Positions 49,863-63,630 are shown, numbered from the whole stretch's first letter. The stretch is DNA of 63,896 nucleotides, filler included, from Hausera hauseri (GCA_046269625.1; 11 parts of 11 records of this genome joined end to end with filler, not necessarily neighbours in it); one strand, 5' to 3'. Made by a program: numbers and translations. Notes: generated by a model from the sequence alone, not told the origin.

Positions 49863-52800
49863 GAAGTAGATGATGAAAGTGAAGAAAGCAGTGGAAGCGA
49901 AACATGCGATGAAAATGAAGCAAGCAATGGAAATGCAATAGGAGATGAAGGAAGTAAAGACGATTGATTGTGAAACAAGAATGACCGCTGCGACGAAGCA
50001 AAATCATTGAAGAAGAAAGCATGTTTTAGATTGGGAATGTGGACATTGTAAGGTTTGTCCTTGCATAATGTAGTGGCCGTGTGAGAAAGGAGATTGAGAA
50101 GCTTGTAACGGCCGCCGTACTGAGGTCAAAAACCGGAAGACGACTGATCTTTTAGACATAAAAACTTGGCGGAATACAAATTTTCTGGAATGACTATATT
50201 AGTGACATGTGCACGAAAGATTTATGGTCGGCTTGGACGACAAATGAACGAGAAGTAGGGAAATGCTTGATATGTTTTACTGCCAGAACTGTGGCTAGTA
50301 ATTCACAGTCAAAAGTGGAGTACCACTGTTCTGGTTGCTTAAATTTGCGCGATAAGAATTCTAACGGTTCATGAATTCCATTGTATATTAGATGAAGAAC
50401 TGCATCTGTTGTAGTAGTAGAGGCGTCAGTTGACAGTACTAGCTTAGTGTGAAAATTGAAAAAGTCTAGTATTTCGATGGCTTTCAATTTGTCTTTGAGA
50501 TGGTCAAAATCATTGACGAAGTCGGCTGTCCAGTGGAGAGGCATTTTTTCTTCCTAGCACTCAGTGAAGCAAACGGTGCACTTAGAGCCGAGCAATACGG
50601 TACGTACTTGTGTACAAAATGCAACGTGCCAAGGAAGCTAAGCATATCGGAACTAGTGCGTGGAAGCTGGTAATTCTTTAGGTCGACCAGTCTTCAAGCT
50701 GTGGTGAATGTCCATCAGGCGAGGTTATATGGCCCAGGAATTTAATGCGTTTTTGGAAGAATGAGCATTTCTCATAGATTATTTGTAGGTTACATTGATG
50801 TAAGCGATGGAATACGACTAGTAAATGTTCAGTATGCTGTTGTAGCGAAGAAGAGGCTATTAGGATATCATCAATCTATGTAATGCAGAAGTCAAAACCA
50901 GCAAAAATGGTATGAATATGGCACTGAAACGTCTGAGACGCATTTCAAAAACCAAAGGCCATAAACGCGTATTAAAATAAATCAAATGGAGTGGTAACAG
51001 CCGTTTTGGTAATGTTCTCTGGATTAATAGATATCTGGTGATACACTTCATGCACGTCCGAGTAGGAAAAAATTGTGGATCCATGGAGGCTATGAAAAAT
51101 ATTGTTTATTAGCGACAAAGGATATGCGTTCATGATTGTTAATGCATTTCATTGACGGTATACGCCACAAGATCTAATTGTCCCATCTTTCTTGGTAACT
51201 ATATGACGAGGCAAGGGCCAAGGAGATTTTAAGAGACGGACGATACCTGCTTGTTCCAAGACTTGAAATTTAGATTTTGCAGCTTTTCGCCGTCGAGAAG
51301 GTTGTAAGGTTGTTAAAATGGCTTGAGGGATGTATCCTTTCTTAAAGTGCGAAAACATGATTCGGTAATGCAGGATTTTAGAGTAGCATCTAGAGATGAA
51401 AATGGCGGAGACATGCTATCGGAAGAGAAAATCGCTGTGATTGGCGAAAAACGACTGACATCGCCACCATCGACATTCAGTTTTACCACTTGCTTTAAAA
51501 CAGATTTAAATTTTTGGGTATTGTAGAAGAAATGTATGAATTATCGAAAACACTGGTATTGAAATTAGCAGGTGGATGCAACAAAGTTGGACTGTCTGAT
51601 ACACGTTTGTCAGCTTCTGTGACAAAATTCCTGAGCAGCAGACAGCCATACATACAGTCGGCCAGCAGATGTTGTGCGGCCAGGACGTCTAAGCAGACTA
51701 TAGGCGAATTAATATTAGCGATCTAAAATTTAAAGACACACTTGTCTGGTACGTTAGAGAAGGTTAAAGCCAGTTCTGTGGTGCGTGTAATGCGAAGGGG
51801 TTGTACACTGGCTGTGAAGAGTGAAGGAGGAGAAAAATTAGTAGAAGTAGAAAAAAAGAAGTAGCAGAAATGATAAGGAAGCTCCTGAGTCGATAAGAAA
51901 GTCGATATGTAAAGAGTTATTAAAAAAGAGCACATCTTTCAACAGAAAGACTGCAGAGGCTGTGCTAAGACGACCAGTAGATAGTGAGATGTTACCTATA
52001 CCAGAATGTGCCGTGGCATCTGGTGGCGTTCAGTTTTTTCAGCATTGTGGAGAAAAGAAGAGGAAGGAAAAGAAGAAAAAGAACTGAAGTTATTTTCGGG
52101 CTTGCGACTAAAATTTAGTGTGATACATGCAAATAAAGCTGTCCACTGCATAGCGTTCGTTGTAAAATCGACAACTTCAGAGACACATCTTTGCATCTCT
52201 ACAAAATTTATTATGATGAAAACAAACCATTTGTCTACCCGAAGATTTGGATCTACATAAGTGTTTGGAAGAACTGTGATTTTGCGATACACTGAACTCA
52301 CTTCGTTGAAGCACAGTTAAATTATTTAGTTGGGTCGTAACGGCCGAAATGGATTGTGTAGAATTTGATATTGGATGTGCATTGTTTGCAGTTGTTGTAC
52401 CAATGCAGCCATATCTTCGTGTGGCGATGGTGTGTGTGTTGTTATGGGTAGTGAGTTATTTGTTTGGAGAATCTCAAAATTCTTATTAGCCAGTACTGCA
52501 AGTGTTTCAATCGCCGTCCAGTCATCGACGACAATAAGGAGTACCCTGATGGATATGCGCAAGGAGGAGAGAAAATGCCGTCGAAGAATGTCTGCATTAT
52601 TTGTTGGATTTACTCCTAAAGCAGTTAATTGTGAAATGGCTGTTTGTAGAAATTCAGAAGGCTTTTGAGTGTTCATAGCGTGTTTGTTGAAATATTTTTT
52701 GGATTGTATTATCGATCGACGGATCGGTAATATGGAGAACGGCTTCATAAAGTGTGTGATAAGGAGTAGATGTGAAGATATCTGAGACATTAATGATCTG

Positions 52801-53900
52801 TTGTTTGATGTTTGCAGGAAAAAGAATTAGTAGACTGTTGGCTCTAAGAAAGCAGTCAACAATGTGACTGGCTTTGAGTCATTGCAGGTGAAACTGTAGT
52901 CAGGTTCGGCTGGAATGGCTTTTGTCCAAGAATAATTCGACACTAGGAAGGTTCGAACAAACATGCGACACAGAGTTTGTAAGGTGAACGACATGTACAT
53001 TTTGTGGATTTTTCGTCAGAAACGAAAGAGATGGGGTCCGACCCACCCCGAATACGGAAGTGAATTGTGATGTTGATGATAGGATATTTGGAAAGTACGA
53101 AAGATGGTAAATAGTCGGAAGGGTGTAAGATAAATCCATAGAGCCTAAGGTAAAGTCGGAAATGTGAAATAAGACAAAGATGCGTAAAGGGTGTGGGCAG
53201 TGTTTATGTTTGTTACATGCATTGTAATGCTGTGTAGATTGTTTTTAAAAATAAAAAGGAAAGTGGTTGTGGAGTAATGCCGGGAAAACAGTGGAGTGCG
53301 AAAGTCGCAGACGTACCCAGGTACCCATCGAGGCAAAACATGAGTGTATGATCGTTGACAACAAGCGGTCGCATTTGATTGGCAAAGCACCCAGCAATGT
53401 TGTTTGCTGACAAATGCGTAATAATGCGGTTTTGAAATGTCTAGGTGTAATATTTGCGCAATGCGTAGTCATGATTTTAATTCGAAAATGAGAAATTTAA
53501 ATGCGCGTTATAATAACGCAAGAGGTGCCGTGTATTGGACTGAATGTAACAGACAAATTGCATAGTACGCTTGGAAATTTGTTGGTTTTTAATTTGGAGC
53601 CTGCTCGCACCAGTTTACAATTTATGCATGTGTTCGATGATTGATTTTGAGGTTTGCGTATTTGGATGAGCGACGTAACTCGGCGTTTAGTGTGTGTTTT
53701 GGAGAAATTCGGATGGTTGTGTAATTTGACCGAGATTCAATTTTAGCCAGTGGGGAAAAGTCTGGTAGATCACACCAGACGTAAGCCAGGTTTCCATGCA
53801 TGAAATGTTGCGCAGCATATGGGAATCCAATAAAAATGGTAAAAATAAGGCATGCTGTGGAGGTGAGTGATAATTTTATCTACGGTTGTAATATATAGAT
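49863..53900 (-). mobile_element. Ty3/Gypsy CsRN1-like copy 3 (ORF0-gag-PR-RT-RH; integrase core deleted), strongly decayed
   Basis: Gag QKPSEFL..ILRRHFL and CFHHNKF..CMYHTKF; KSPWPLP..KKDGTIRSCG.YR; LSTDAS, YSTFDCELLA, ADHK. RNase H joins directly to the integrase C-terminal tail. Confidence 0.88.
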
Positions 53901-55278
53901 TTAATTTTGAAAGTGTTGTTTTTGTTAGGATTCAATAACAGAATAAATACCAAATATCTATTTCAAATTCAAATACTGGATACTCAGATCAAGCCGAGGA
54001 AGAAATTATATTGACATTAATTGGTGAACAAAAAAACAATAACGTGATTTCAATTTTATCAATCCAGACAAATTGACTATAACTATGTAAGCATTCTGTA
54101 TAAATAATAAACCCTTGTACATATGTAAACGCTTTCTTGTTTTGACTATGTTAAACCCTTTGATGGAAATCTGCACCACTCCTGCGATATGCCCATTGTT
54201 GCAATCCAAAGCGGCAAAATAATTAACTAACGAAGTAACAGGTGATACAAACAAAACCAAACATTGTTTATTCATTTTCAAACCATTTCCATATAAATCA
54301 AACAACTAAATAAATTATTCGAAAAATCAGATTCAATTTCAAAAATAGTCAACAAGTTAATTAAATAAACAAGAAAATTAATATTTGAGTAACACGCGTT
54401 TAGAGCAATGAATTTCAAAAATACCGGAATAGATTCTGCATTTACCATGAGAAAAAGCATAATATTTTGCAATAAGCTTTGAAATTATTGACTGCGCATA
54501 AGAATAATTGTGAGAATACGACATGTCAGTTGAAAGTTTATGATTTTCAAATTGCTATTTGGATTCTGAAAACCTTGGCAGATCATAGGCCTCCGAACAA
54601 TGTCAATAAGATTTTATAATTTTAAAATTATCAATTGAATTTAAAAATTACAGTAGGTTATATAAACACGTTTAGTATATAAACTACTAATGATAGAGCC
54701 AGACACACAACATACACAGTTATTAATACGAAGGAAATTTAATTCGATAAGAAAGATAGTGATGACGAGGTAAAGGTAATCAGCCCTCGTTTCTTTGAAA
54801 ATATTATTCATTACCTTAACCATCAGTTGTAGAAAACAAATAGAATCCACTGTTTATCCAATATTTGGTAGCCAGCTAGCCACAGTAAATCCAGTATCAT
54901 AGAAATAACTATATTACTGATTGACGTGAGAAGAATTTTGAAAGTTACCAAAATCTATCGTTCGTGTGTATTCACGTTTTATTTATCTAAGGATCAGTAT
55001 CACCCAATGAGCACTATGGAGAATGCCGATAGAGTAATAGATGGAGAAGAGAATACGAGTAAATGTTTGTGTTAGATGATAAATTGTTAAGCTAACTGTT
55101 ACCAATACAATAGATGGGTCTTCAGTTGTTAATTTCGAATTGCCTAGAAACTGCATAGAATGTAATTATGAGAAATTTTGTTATTATTGTTGGATAATTG
55201 TATTAGAATTGCAGAACGTGTTTTTGAAGTTTCATATCTTGTCCCTGAACGATCTATATTAGAATCAAATAATGTGTA

Positions 55279-55657
55279 TTAACTCTAGAATTACCGAAAA
55301 TCACATATACCTAGAATTACCAAAATGGTCAATTGACCGGGAAATTTATTATTTTTTATTATCCATTTTACAATAAGTAAAGTGTTGTAAAAAATACTAC
55401 AACACTTACCATTTATACCGTATGTACAAAAGTGAGTTTTTTAATATCAGCCAAGCACAATGACAAGTTACATCCAATAAAAAATCTATTTCTCCTTCTT
55501 TAAGCATGATTTACATACGGTTTAAGAGCATGAACCGCAAACGAAAATTGAACCGTGTACAGAAGTCCCTTGTTTTGTTCGAATGACATATACTGCAAGT
55601 TGTATGCTCGTTTTCTGGTACAAGAGTATTTAATTTCAGGATTCGAAGAGGATTTCT
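55279..55657 (-). mobile_element. piggyBac-like transposon 3' end
   Basis: TTAA (55279-55282) then CTCTAGAATTACC, with a subterminal direct repeat CCTAGAATTACC. Minus-strand remnant RKR..ICHSNKTRDFC..CGSC..VCKSC resembles the Cys-rich transposase C-terminus. Confidence 0.65.
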
Positions 55658-55899
55658 NNNNNNNNNNNNNNNNNNNNNNNNNNNNNNNNNNNNNNNNNNN
55701 NTTAATTAATTAANNNNNNNNNNNNNNNNNNNNNNNNNNNNNNNNNNNNNNNNNNNNAAAATGCTTTTAATTTAATTTTAGGATTTCAGTTCTCGATTAT
55801 ATCCTCGCGTAAGTAATTTAAAAGAACAAAATTAAAAATATACCATTTGTCGTACTATTCCTTGAAACAACGCCATGCTATTGCACATCTGTATTCATA

Positions 55900-56142
55900 C
55901 CCGACCACCAAAATTTAAACAAAAAAACATTTTGGCGCGAAATTCAAATTTTTTAAAGCACTCCAAATCCATCCAGTAAGCGTGATTGTGTGTATCCACT
56001 TTGTGGCTATCTCCTATATCCACCCTATTAACCGTATATGTGTGTATCGTTTTTTCTAACCCGTGACTCATCCGAGAAGCACATCAATTTTTCACCGCGG
56101 GAGGGGGTGGGGTCTGATCCGATGTGCTCCTTTCCTACTACT
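55900..56142 (-). repeat. Polinton terminal repeat, copy 3
   Basis: Ends ..CCTACTACT (reverse complement AGTAGTAGG, identical to 20380) and shares internal blocks. Confidence 0.8.
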
Positions 56143-56376
56143 CTTTTGCAATTTCCCAACATTTGTATAATCTCGCTTGCAAAACTTTTGTGAAGTTTGG
56201 TTATACGTCTTCAGGGTTTGTCTCATACGGTGTCATTCCTAAATCTATAGGCAGAATGGTTTGTCGTCCATACATTAGAAAGAATGCGTAAATCCAGTTG
56301 CAGGATGCGGTGAAGTGTAATTGCAAACTGCGTTCCTTCTAAAAAGCCATCCCAATCCTTTTGGTCTATCGTTGTC

Positions 56377-57466
56377 GTCTACTGTGGCACATGTCACATC
56401 AATGAAATCAGAATGAATGACGGACACAGCAATTCGATGATCGATATTGTTATTGTTCAATGAACCACAATTTGTGTTGTATGACGTCTCCATCGTATTT
56501 GTTAATTCTTGGATGACTTTCATTTTGTCTGACTCTTTTTTGGATACTGGTTGCTCCTGTTCTTCTTCATCACTCTTAGATAATTTGATCGACAATTTCC
56601 GACGAAGAAAGAGTGGCAAATGAACAACAGCGGTATCTGTGATTATACGTAAGAATAATCGATGATGAACTGTGTCGAGCGTGATAGGATTGTCAACAAG
56701 CAAATTATGAAATTGTTTTAAAATTCAGAACTTTGCCGAACTTTTAGATATTCTAACTTTTGAAAAGAAGATTTATTTAAAAAAGTGAGATTTCATTACG
56801 ACATAAAATTAAAAGCATTATCCGACTATGAGGAAAAGTACTGATGACAATTTATTCGAATCTATTTACCAAAAGTCATCATCATTAAGATGCAGTTATT
56901 TTACATTATCTGACGTCACCATCAAAGACATTATTGCCGATTATGATAACTGCCTCAGTTATTACGTACAGAATTTCATCACAATTACCGATTTATCACG
57001 ACTATTCTGCTGTATTATATGTCAAATTAACCAACTGAAAAATTCCAATAAAGCACATTTATTACTCGACAAAACTGTTACATTCATGCACCAGAATCAA
57101 CTACAGATAGATTGCATTTCTGCAGTCTCTGCTAAAAGTGTCGTCTATAACAAATGTCCGCTTGTTGACAATCCTATCACACTTGACACAGTTCATCATC
57201 GATTATTCCTACGAATAATCACAGATACCGCTGTTGTTCATTTGCCACTCTTTCTTCGTCGGAAATTGTTGATCAAATTATCTAAGAGGAGCAACCAGTA
57301 TCCAAAAGAGTCAGACAAAATGAAAGTCATCTAAGAATTAACAAATACGATGGAGACGTCATGCAACACAAATTGTGGTTCATTGAATTATAAATATATC
57401 GATCATCGAATTGCTGTGGCCGTAATTCAATCTGATGTCATTGATATGACATGTGCCACAGAAGAC
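56377..57466. repeat. Inverted duplication, arms 56377-56701 and 57160-57466
   Basis: LVDNPITLDTVHHRLFLRIITDTAVVHLPLFLRRKL..IDHRIAV..TCAT is encoded on both strands. Confidence 0.92.
56828..57466 (+). pseudogene. Unknown ORF, frameshifted and fused to mariner
   Basis: 168-aa ORF plus continuation 57350 onward; no family recognised. Confidence 0.4.
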
Positions 57467-58567
57467 TTATACCATAAGGTGGAATACAGAAGTGTCATCA
57501 AATTTCTCGTGCTAAAAGATTTGAACAATCAAGAAATAATCAAAGAATTAAAGGAAGTGTATAAAAATGAATGTTCAGCTATTAGAAATATCTACAAGTG
57601 GATTTCTAACTTCAAACATGGTGTCCAATCAGTGTTTGCTGATCAGAGTCCAGGTCGTCCTGACGAAATTTGTGCTGAAAAAGATGAGTTATTGGAAAAA
57701 GTTATCAAATCAGAGAGACGAATTACAATAATAGAGCTCAACAAGGCTAAATGTTAGCAAGGGTACTCTCAATAACATGATGAAGCGTTTAGGCATACGG
57801 AAATTATCATCCAGATTTGTTTTCCACTTTTTAACTAACGAGATGTGCCAAAATCGTCTACAATGCTGTCAAACCAACCTGACCAAATTCGAACATGAAG
57901 GTGATCAATTTTTGACAAGCATAGTGACAGAGGATAAAACACCATTGTCACTTTATGTGCCAGAAAATAAGAGAGTCAAGTGAATGGAAATGTGCAGGTG
58001 AGACTGACAGCCGAAAGTCGAGGTCTTCTACAAGCCACAGAAAGGTCTTAATGTTGACTATATTTTGGAACAACAAAGGGATTCTGCTTATGGATTTTAC
58101 TGATTCAGCAACAAAAATTAATTCCGATTATTGCATAAATCTATTGCAAGAAGTCCACAAGAAACAAAGGTAGCCTTACAACTTGCAGCTGTATTTGCTT
58201 CAAGATAATGCTCAAATTCACACGAGTTTTCACCCTCCTTCCTCATCTTCCATATAGCCCCGATCTCACCCCTAGCGACTTTTTTCTCTCTATAATAATT
58301 TGAAAAAATATCTCAGAGGAAAAGATTTCCACTCAAAAGCTGATCTGAAACAAGAAGTTCAAGGTTTTTTCCCAATCCCAGTCACCACAATTCTTCCAAA
58401 GTGCCTTCAATCTACAGGCGATCTGCTGGAAAAAGTGCGTCGAAGCAGAAGGTTCATATATAGAAAAATAAGAACCTTCATGTCATGTCTAGCATTTTAT
58501 TAAAATATGGTTTTGATATTCTTACTTTAGACAGGTTTATGCACGCATTTAATGGGCTCACTACGTA
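57467..58567 (+). mobile_element. Mariner (DD34D) transposase pseudogene with right end
   Basis: EYRSVIKFL, PGRP, LGIRKLSSRFV.H.L, IVTEDKT, KVLMLTIFW, QDNA..H, YSPDLTPSDF, KKYLRGKDF; terminates ..CTACG|TA. Confidence 0.92.
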
Positions 58568-58892
58568 TGTAGGAGTCTTTCCAAATTTGGATATTAATGT
58601 AATTGTTAAATTTTTGTGTGCGGTGTTCAAGAAAACATGACATTTCCATTGGTATATAAACCATTTTTATTTCCCGATCTTCATTATTTGCTTTAAAATT
58701 CAATCCGAACAATGACAAATGGATCAGTTTAATGTATCAAAGTCATTATTATCGCTACCAACCAATTATGAATAAACGATTGTTATATCTAATGACAAAG
58801 ACAATCAAATAAACGCCATAGATTCCGAAACGACTACAAGCAATCAAACAACAATCACTGCTCATGATCTTCCAATATCGACGAATTCCAAA

Positions 58893-59327
58893 ATGACTAT
58901 GCCATTCATGATTTCCACAAGTTCAATACACCTAGATAGTACCGATCATAGTATTACAGAAGCATATCGAAGTTCATTCAAAGTGGTGAAATCTTTCTAT
59001 GGATACATGATTTATTTTTTAACAAAACCCATAGTTGTAAAATTTTCACAGGCGATAATCAAAGATATTTATGAAGACGACATAAGTGCATTGGATAATA
59101 CGCTGAATATAATGCCTGTTACTGTTACAGTTGATACGGAGTCGATCTTCATAAAAAAGCTAAATAAATTGTCAATTTATAATACCAGAGACAATCTAAT
59201 TCAGTCTCTTTCAGCTGAATTTTGGGTTATGGTATGCATAAAAATTTTAAGCATTAAAATGAGCAGTGCCGGAAAAGCATCACCATATGAAGTACGTGAG
59301 GTCGAAATGAATTTCGCAGATGCATAA
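58893..59327 (+). CDS. Hypothetical protein fragment
   Basis: 144-aa ORF in AT-rich DNA; no recognisable motif. Confidence 0.25.
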   Translation: MTMPFMISTSSIHLDSTDHSITEAYRSSFKVVKSFYGYMIYFLTKPIVVKFSQAIIKDIYEDDISALDNTLNIMPVTVTVDTESIFIKKLNKLSIYNTRDNLIQSLSAEFWVMVCIKILSIKMSSAGKASPYEVREVEMNFADA

Positions 59328-59893
59328 ATGGTTTTATTTTACTTTTGGTTTTATGTTATAAATACACATTACTTATTTCACTTATTTATTGTTTAACTTT
59401 TTAAAGGGTATACTATGCGAGAAGCATGGCACGCTGCAAGAAAATGATGAAATATTCTATCACCTATTTTCCTTTTCGATGTTATTTTAATTATTGAAAT
59501 AATAAATACAACATTTAATTTGTTAACTAACCAGCAGCACATTCAAATTGAAAGTATGTATGTGCAATAATTTTTGATTATTAATCATTTATTTTATTAT
59601 TTATTATTATAAATTATGTGAGGTACAACGAATTAATATATAATTATTTTCCAACCGACATGAATTGTTGTCAGCAGAATCATTAATGATAGAACCAAAC
59701 AATAGCGAAATAATCAACACCGGAGTTCGAATGATAATCTCTAAGGGATATTACGGGATAAATTTATAACCGTATATATATGTGCAAAAATAANNNNNNN
59801 NNNNNNNNNNNNNNNNNNNNNNNNNNNNNNNNNNNNNTTAATTAATTAANNNNNNNNNNNNNNNNNNNNNNNNNNNNNNNNNNNNNNNNNNNN

Positions 59894-60487
59894 TTGGAAG
59901 ACATCGCCATCCGGGTCCAACGCTACCTGACGGCAGCCCGTTTAATTCTTAAATAACTTAGAGCCAAGTACAACCTTAGTGAGTACAAGGAATTACAGGC
60001 CCACAGCCTACTAGACACCGACATATAGATATAAGATAATGCTAGGTAGGATTCTAGTATCTGTCCCACCCACATATACCCAAGTTATTTGTTCACCCAT
60101 TAATTTGTATAAAGTGATAATTAAAAGTCTCTCCCGAATTGAATTAGTGGGAACTGAACATATATACCATTTCGAGAATAGGTAATTTTAGAAGGAAAAT
60201 AAAACAAAATTCCAATATACATAGTAAAATACGAAAGAATTTAAAAATTACACAAGAGTAGACTAAACAGTATTAAATTAATTCTAGTTATTTATCGTCA
60301 TATCGTCATAACTGCCATTTATCGCACAAGTTTATTCGTTGATACTGATTTATCACACAAGTTTATTCGTTGATTAGAATTCTAGATCATTTGTAACACT
60401 AATTAAGATGATCAACACCATTTGTAATATAACATTAAGATGACCAACACGATTCAACAATCAACACGATTCAACACCTCCCTCCTC
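59894..60487 (-). repeat. PPT (60477-60487) and 3' LTR (60476 downward; distal end not defined)
   Basis: Minus strand CTGAGGACAGCGCCATCTGAGGAGGGAGG|TGTTGAATCG, a typical Gypsy TGAGGAC..PPT|TG junction. Confidence 0.8.
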
Positions 60488-60520
60488 AGATGGCGCTGTC
60501 CTCAGTGCCAGAGGGTGTCT

Positions 60521-61826
60521 TTAGGGTGCCGTTAGAATATTGGTAATTCGCTGAATGAATGTTGAGCCAGGACCCTTTATCCTTGATTTTATTATTAAGA
60601 GTAATAGTTTCTTTTTTGGTTTAGTTCTCTTTATGGGTTTCTTTGTTAAGTCGATTACGGTTGGTTCTGGTAAACTGTCATTGAACGTGTTCGACACTGA
60701 TAATAAAGGAGCTTGATTCATAATTTCGTCGGTAAGAATTAATCGATTTGGTGAGTCTTGGATGTCCATTGGCGAAGCGGTTGATCCTGTTAATGCGGAT
60801 TCTTCTGTTGTTATGGGAAATTCTTTTATACTTTTATAGATTTTCAACATAGTTGCGGCTTTTTCGTTTGTCCGTTGGGGATATTCGCTGTTGTTATATT
60901 TCACTAAGATATGGGCTTGTGTTAGGTGCTTTTGTGTATTTATTTCTTTGTAATAAAGGAGATCTCTAACTCCCAGTACAGCATTAATATTGAATAGGTA
61001 GAAATGCTGGTTATTTTCATAAACATTCATTCTTACTATCACTTTTTCCGATTAGCTGTTGTCGGATTTTTTTTCAGCATCATATTTATCAACTTGACCG
61101 ATTATATCAGCTTCCTTTAAACCGGTAATCCGGCAGTTATAGTTGTCGATGCGGTTTCGGGGACAGATAAACGGATTATACAAGATATTTCCATCTAGGT
61201 CTATGATAGTTATTACGACGGGTGTCTGCTCTTTTGATCGAATAGGCTTCATAAGATAGGCGCTATTTATGGCCATAATAATAATTTCTTCCTTTTGTAT
61301 CTGCGGTGACCTGGCAAATGATACACTCTGTTCCAATCGTAATCTATCGGGTAGTGCTATCGGGTAATTAGCAGGTTTAGGATATTCCAAATGAGGGAAT
61401 GTTTCCCTTCGAATCACTTCTACATAAATCACTGGTGTAGGTCTACTATGAGGCCGTAGTATTATCGCAGCATTTTTATAAAAGCGTTGGTCCAGACGGA
61501 CTGTCGTAAAAGAAACGAGTTCTACTGTGTCGATCATCCCGTTTAGATGAGTTCGACTTTTTATTTGGACGGTTTCTTTAACAGCTTATATATAGACTGA
61601 TGTAGTTTGGTTTGAGAGGTCTATGATGTCAGGCAATTTGTGGAGGCAACTGGTAACTAAATATTTAGACCACTTCGTTGAGTGACTAGGTGGCCTTTTA
61701 AGTTATTTGGAATAAAGGAACATTTTCAATAAAATATGTAATCTTTTTGAACGGTTGCATTAAGATTAGTAATGATGTTGAAATAAAATGATTTCTGTCT
61801 ATCGGCTATTTCGGATCCTTCTTGGT
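60521..61826 (-). pseudogene. Accessory ORF with DEDDh-fold pseudo-exonuclease and VIDLT/basic tail
   Basis: ITIIDLDGNILYNPFICPRNRIDNYNCRITGLKEADI..KIRQQLIGK/VIV..GVRDL..NEKAATMLKIYK; tail EPTVIDLTKKPIKRTKPKKK. Confidence 0.78.
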
Positions 61827-61914
61827 CTGAAAAGAGATACATCAATATAAGGTAAGAGAATGTTTTAAAAATAATAATCTGATAGGTCGCAGAAAATTTT
61901 TCAGCCCAGTTTTA

Positions 61915-63260
61915 TTATAAATATTTTGTGTAGGTCGCGAGGAGTTTGGCGGCCTTATCTTTTATATGTGTGCAGATATATAATGCAACGTTTGTTAACG
62001 GTTGAATTTGCCGTTTAGAATTTGATAGCTTTTCAGCCTGGGAAGACGCATCCATATCATTAGTAAAATCGTTTTGGGAACCCTCTCTTAATAATTTTAA
62101 TTGTTGTGTTAATTTCTGGGTCTTGCGCATTTTACGTCTTACTTTGGAACGATAAATTGTTATCGGTAATAATATGGTTATTGAAACTAAAGGGATACCT
62201 AATGTGATAAACAACCAGAAATATTTGTCAGAAGTTTTTTTTGAATTTGCATGGTAGTTGTTTTTATAGCTTCATTCGTAACAATTGTCCGTAATTTCAA
62301 CGTCTTTTTCATTTTTGTAATTTCTTGTAAAAACTGTCCGTCTTCGTCTAGCTCTGTTATAATGATCCTATAATTAGTATCAGCTTTTAAGATAATACAA
62401 GCCGATGTTGGTTCGTCTTGGGTCAACACTCCTTCACTAACCATTCTTTTGTGAAGAAAACATTCAAATTTTATATTGGTATTTTTTAAATTTGATATGG
62501 TGGTAGTAAGAGAGTGTGGTGTTAATTGTATAGTTATATCTAATTTCTTAATAATTTTTATAGCTTCGGTCGGCTTCTCTATCGGTAATTTTGTGATAGA
62601 AATCCTTGGAATGATTATAGTTACTGGTGTGGCCCATTATATTATTTCTGCTCCATCTGGCTATGTTGACCACGCATAAACATTAGTCGTTGTTTGGTAA
62701 TAAATTTGGAATGATCTATTAAATGAAAAGGACAACAAAGATGTGGTTTTTGGTAATGTGGTTTGCATTTTATAATATCGGTTTTGTTTCGGATCCAACA
62801 TTCTATGGTGTGATATTTAGTTATTGGAATTTCTGTCTCAGCCGTAACGCAAAGTCAATTTCTCATGACTTTTGTATAAAATGAAACAAGAAAATATAGT
62901 TGGTGGAAGTAATGAGTCGTACCGGGATATGAAAAATGTTTTCTATGTGACTGACCTCTTCTTCCAGTTGCGTATTGGATCCTATGGGATACTCTGAACG
63001 TAAGCCCACAACACGTATGAGTTGAATGGTTATAATGCAAGTCACAATATTCCGGTGTTGCTTTGTACACAAAAGGTATTTTCGATATGAATATATGTAT
63101 ATATTCACCGTACGTTAGATTTCGATTGGCCGTAATTTTTATGCACGGGTATTGTCCAACCTGGACGGCTTTATATTGTACGGTAGGACTCTGAGCCGAT
63201 ACACAGGTTTCTAAGCTTAGCATCATAAGTGTTGCTACTAGAAATAGGTTAGGATTTTTA
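61915..63260 (-). pseudogene. Env-position type I membrane protein, in frame with integrase
   Basis: LFLVATLMMLSLETCVSA|QSP signal; YPCIKI..EYCDLHYNHSTHTCCGLTF; CIILKADTNYRIII (FN3 Tyr-corner-like); TM WLFITLGIPLVSITILLPITIY followed by RSKVRRK. Confidence 0.72.
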
Positions 63261-63269
63261 TTTCTTATC

Positions 63270-63630
63270 TTTGATTCCATCGGCGCGGGCTTCCATCTGT
63301 TTACATGTACTTTTAATGGGTCCATTTTATTTCTTTTACTTTTATTCAAATAGATTTTAGGTTCATCCACTTTTTGGACCATATATAGACCTTTATATGG
63401 TCTATCCAATTTTGGCGTTTTACCCTTTTTACTTGAAGGCGTATGTAACATAACCTTGTCTCCAGGTTTAAAACCATGAGATTTCGCTCTTTCAATATAT
63501 CTATATTTATACTCCTTTTTACATATTTTTATATGTCGAAAAGCCAGGTTCCATACTTGTCCAAATTTTTCTTCTATTAATTTTTTATATTCCATATCCT
63601 TTAGATGAGACACTGGAATTTTGAATTCTA
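63270..63630 (-). pseudogene. pol: Gypsy integrase C-terminal GPY/F region
   Basis: FKPGDKVML..KLDRPYKGLYMV..KVHVNRWKP. Confidence 0.85.

Noticed and set aside
54006-55200. Host gene on the minus strand
   Set aside because: Short AT-rich ORFs with no recognisable family; possible but unsupported.
59232-59251. 20-nt micro-intron (gtatg...tttaag)
   Set aside because: The ORF reads through without it; single instance with no transcript evidence.
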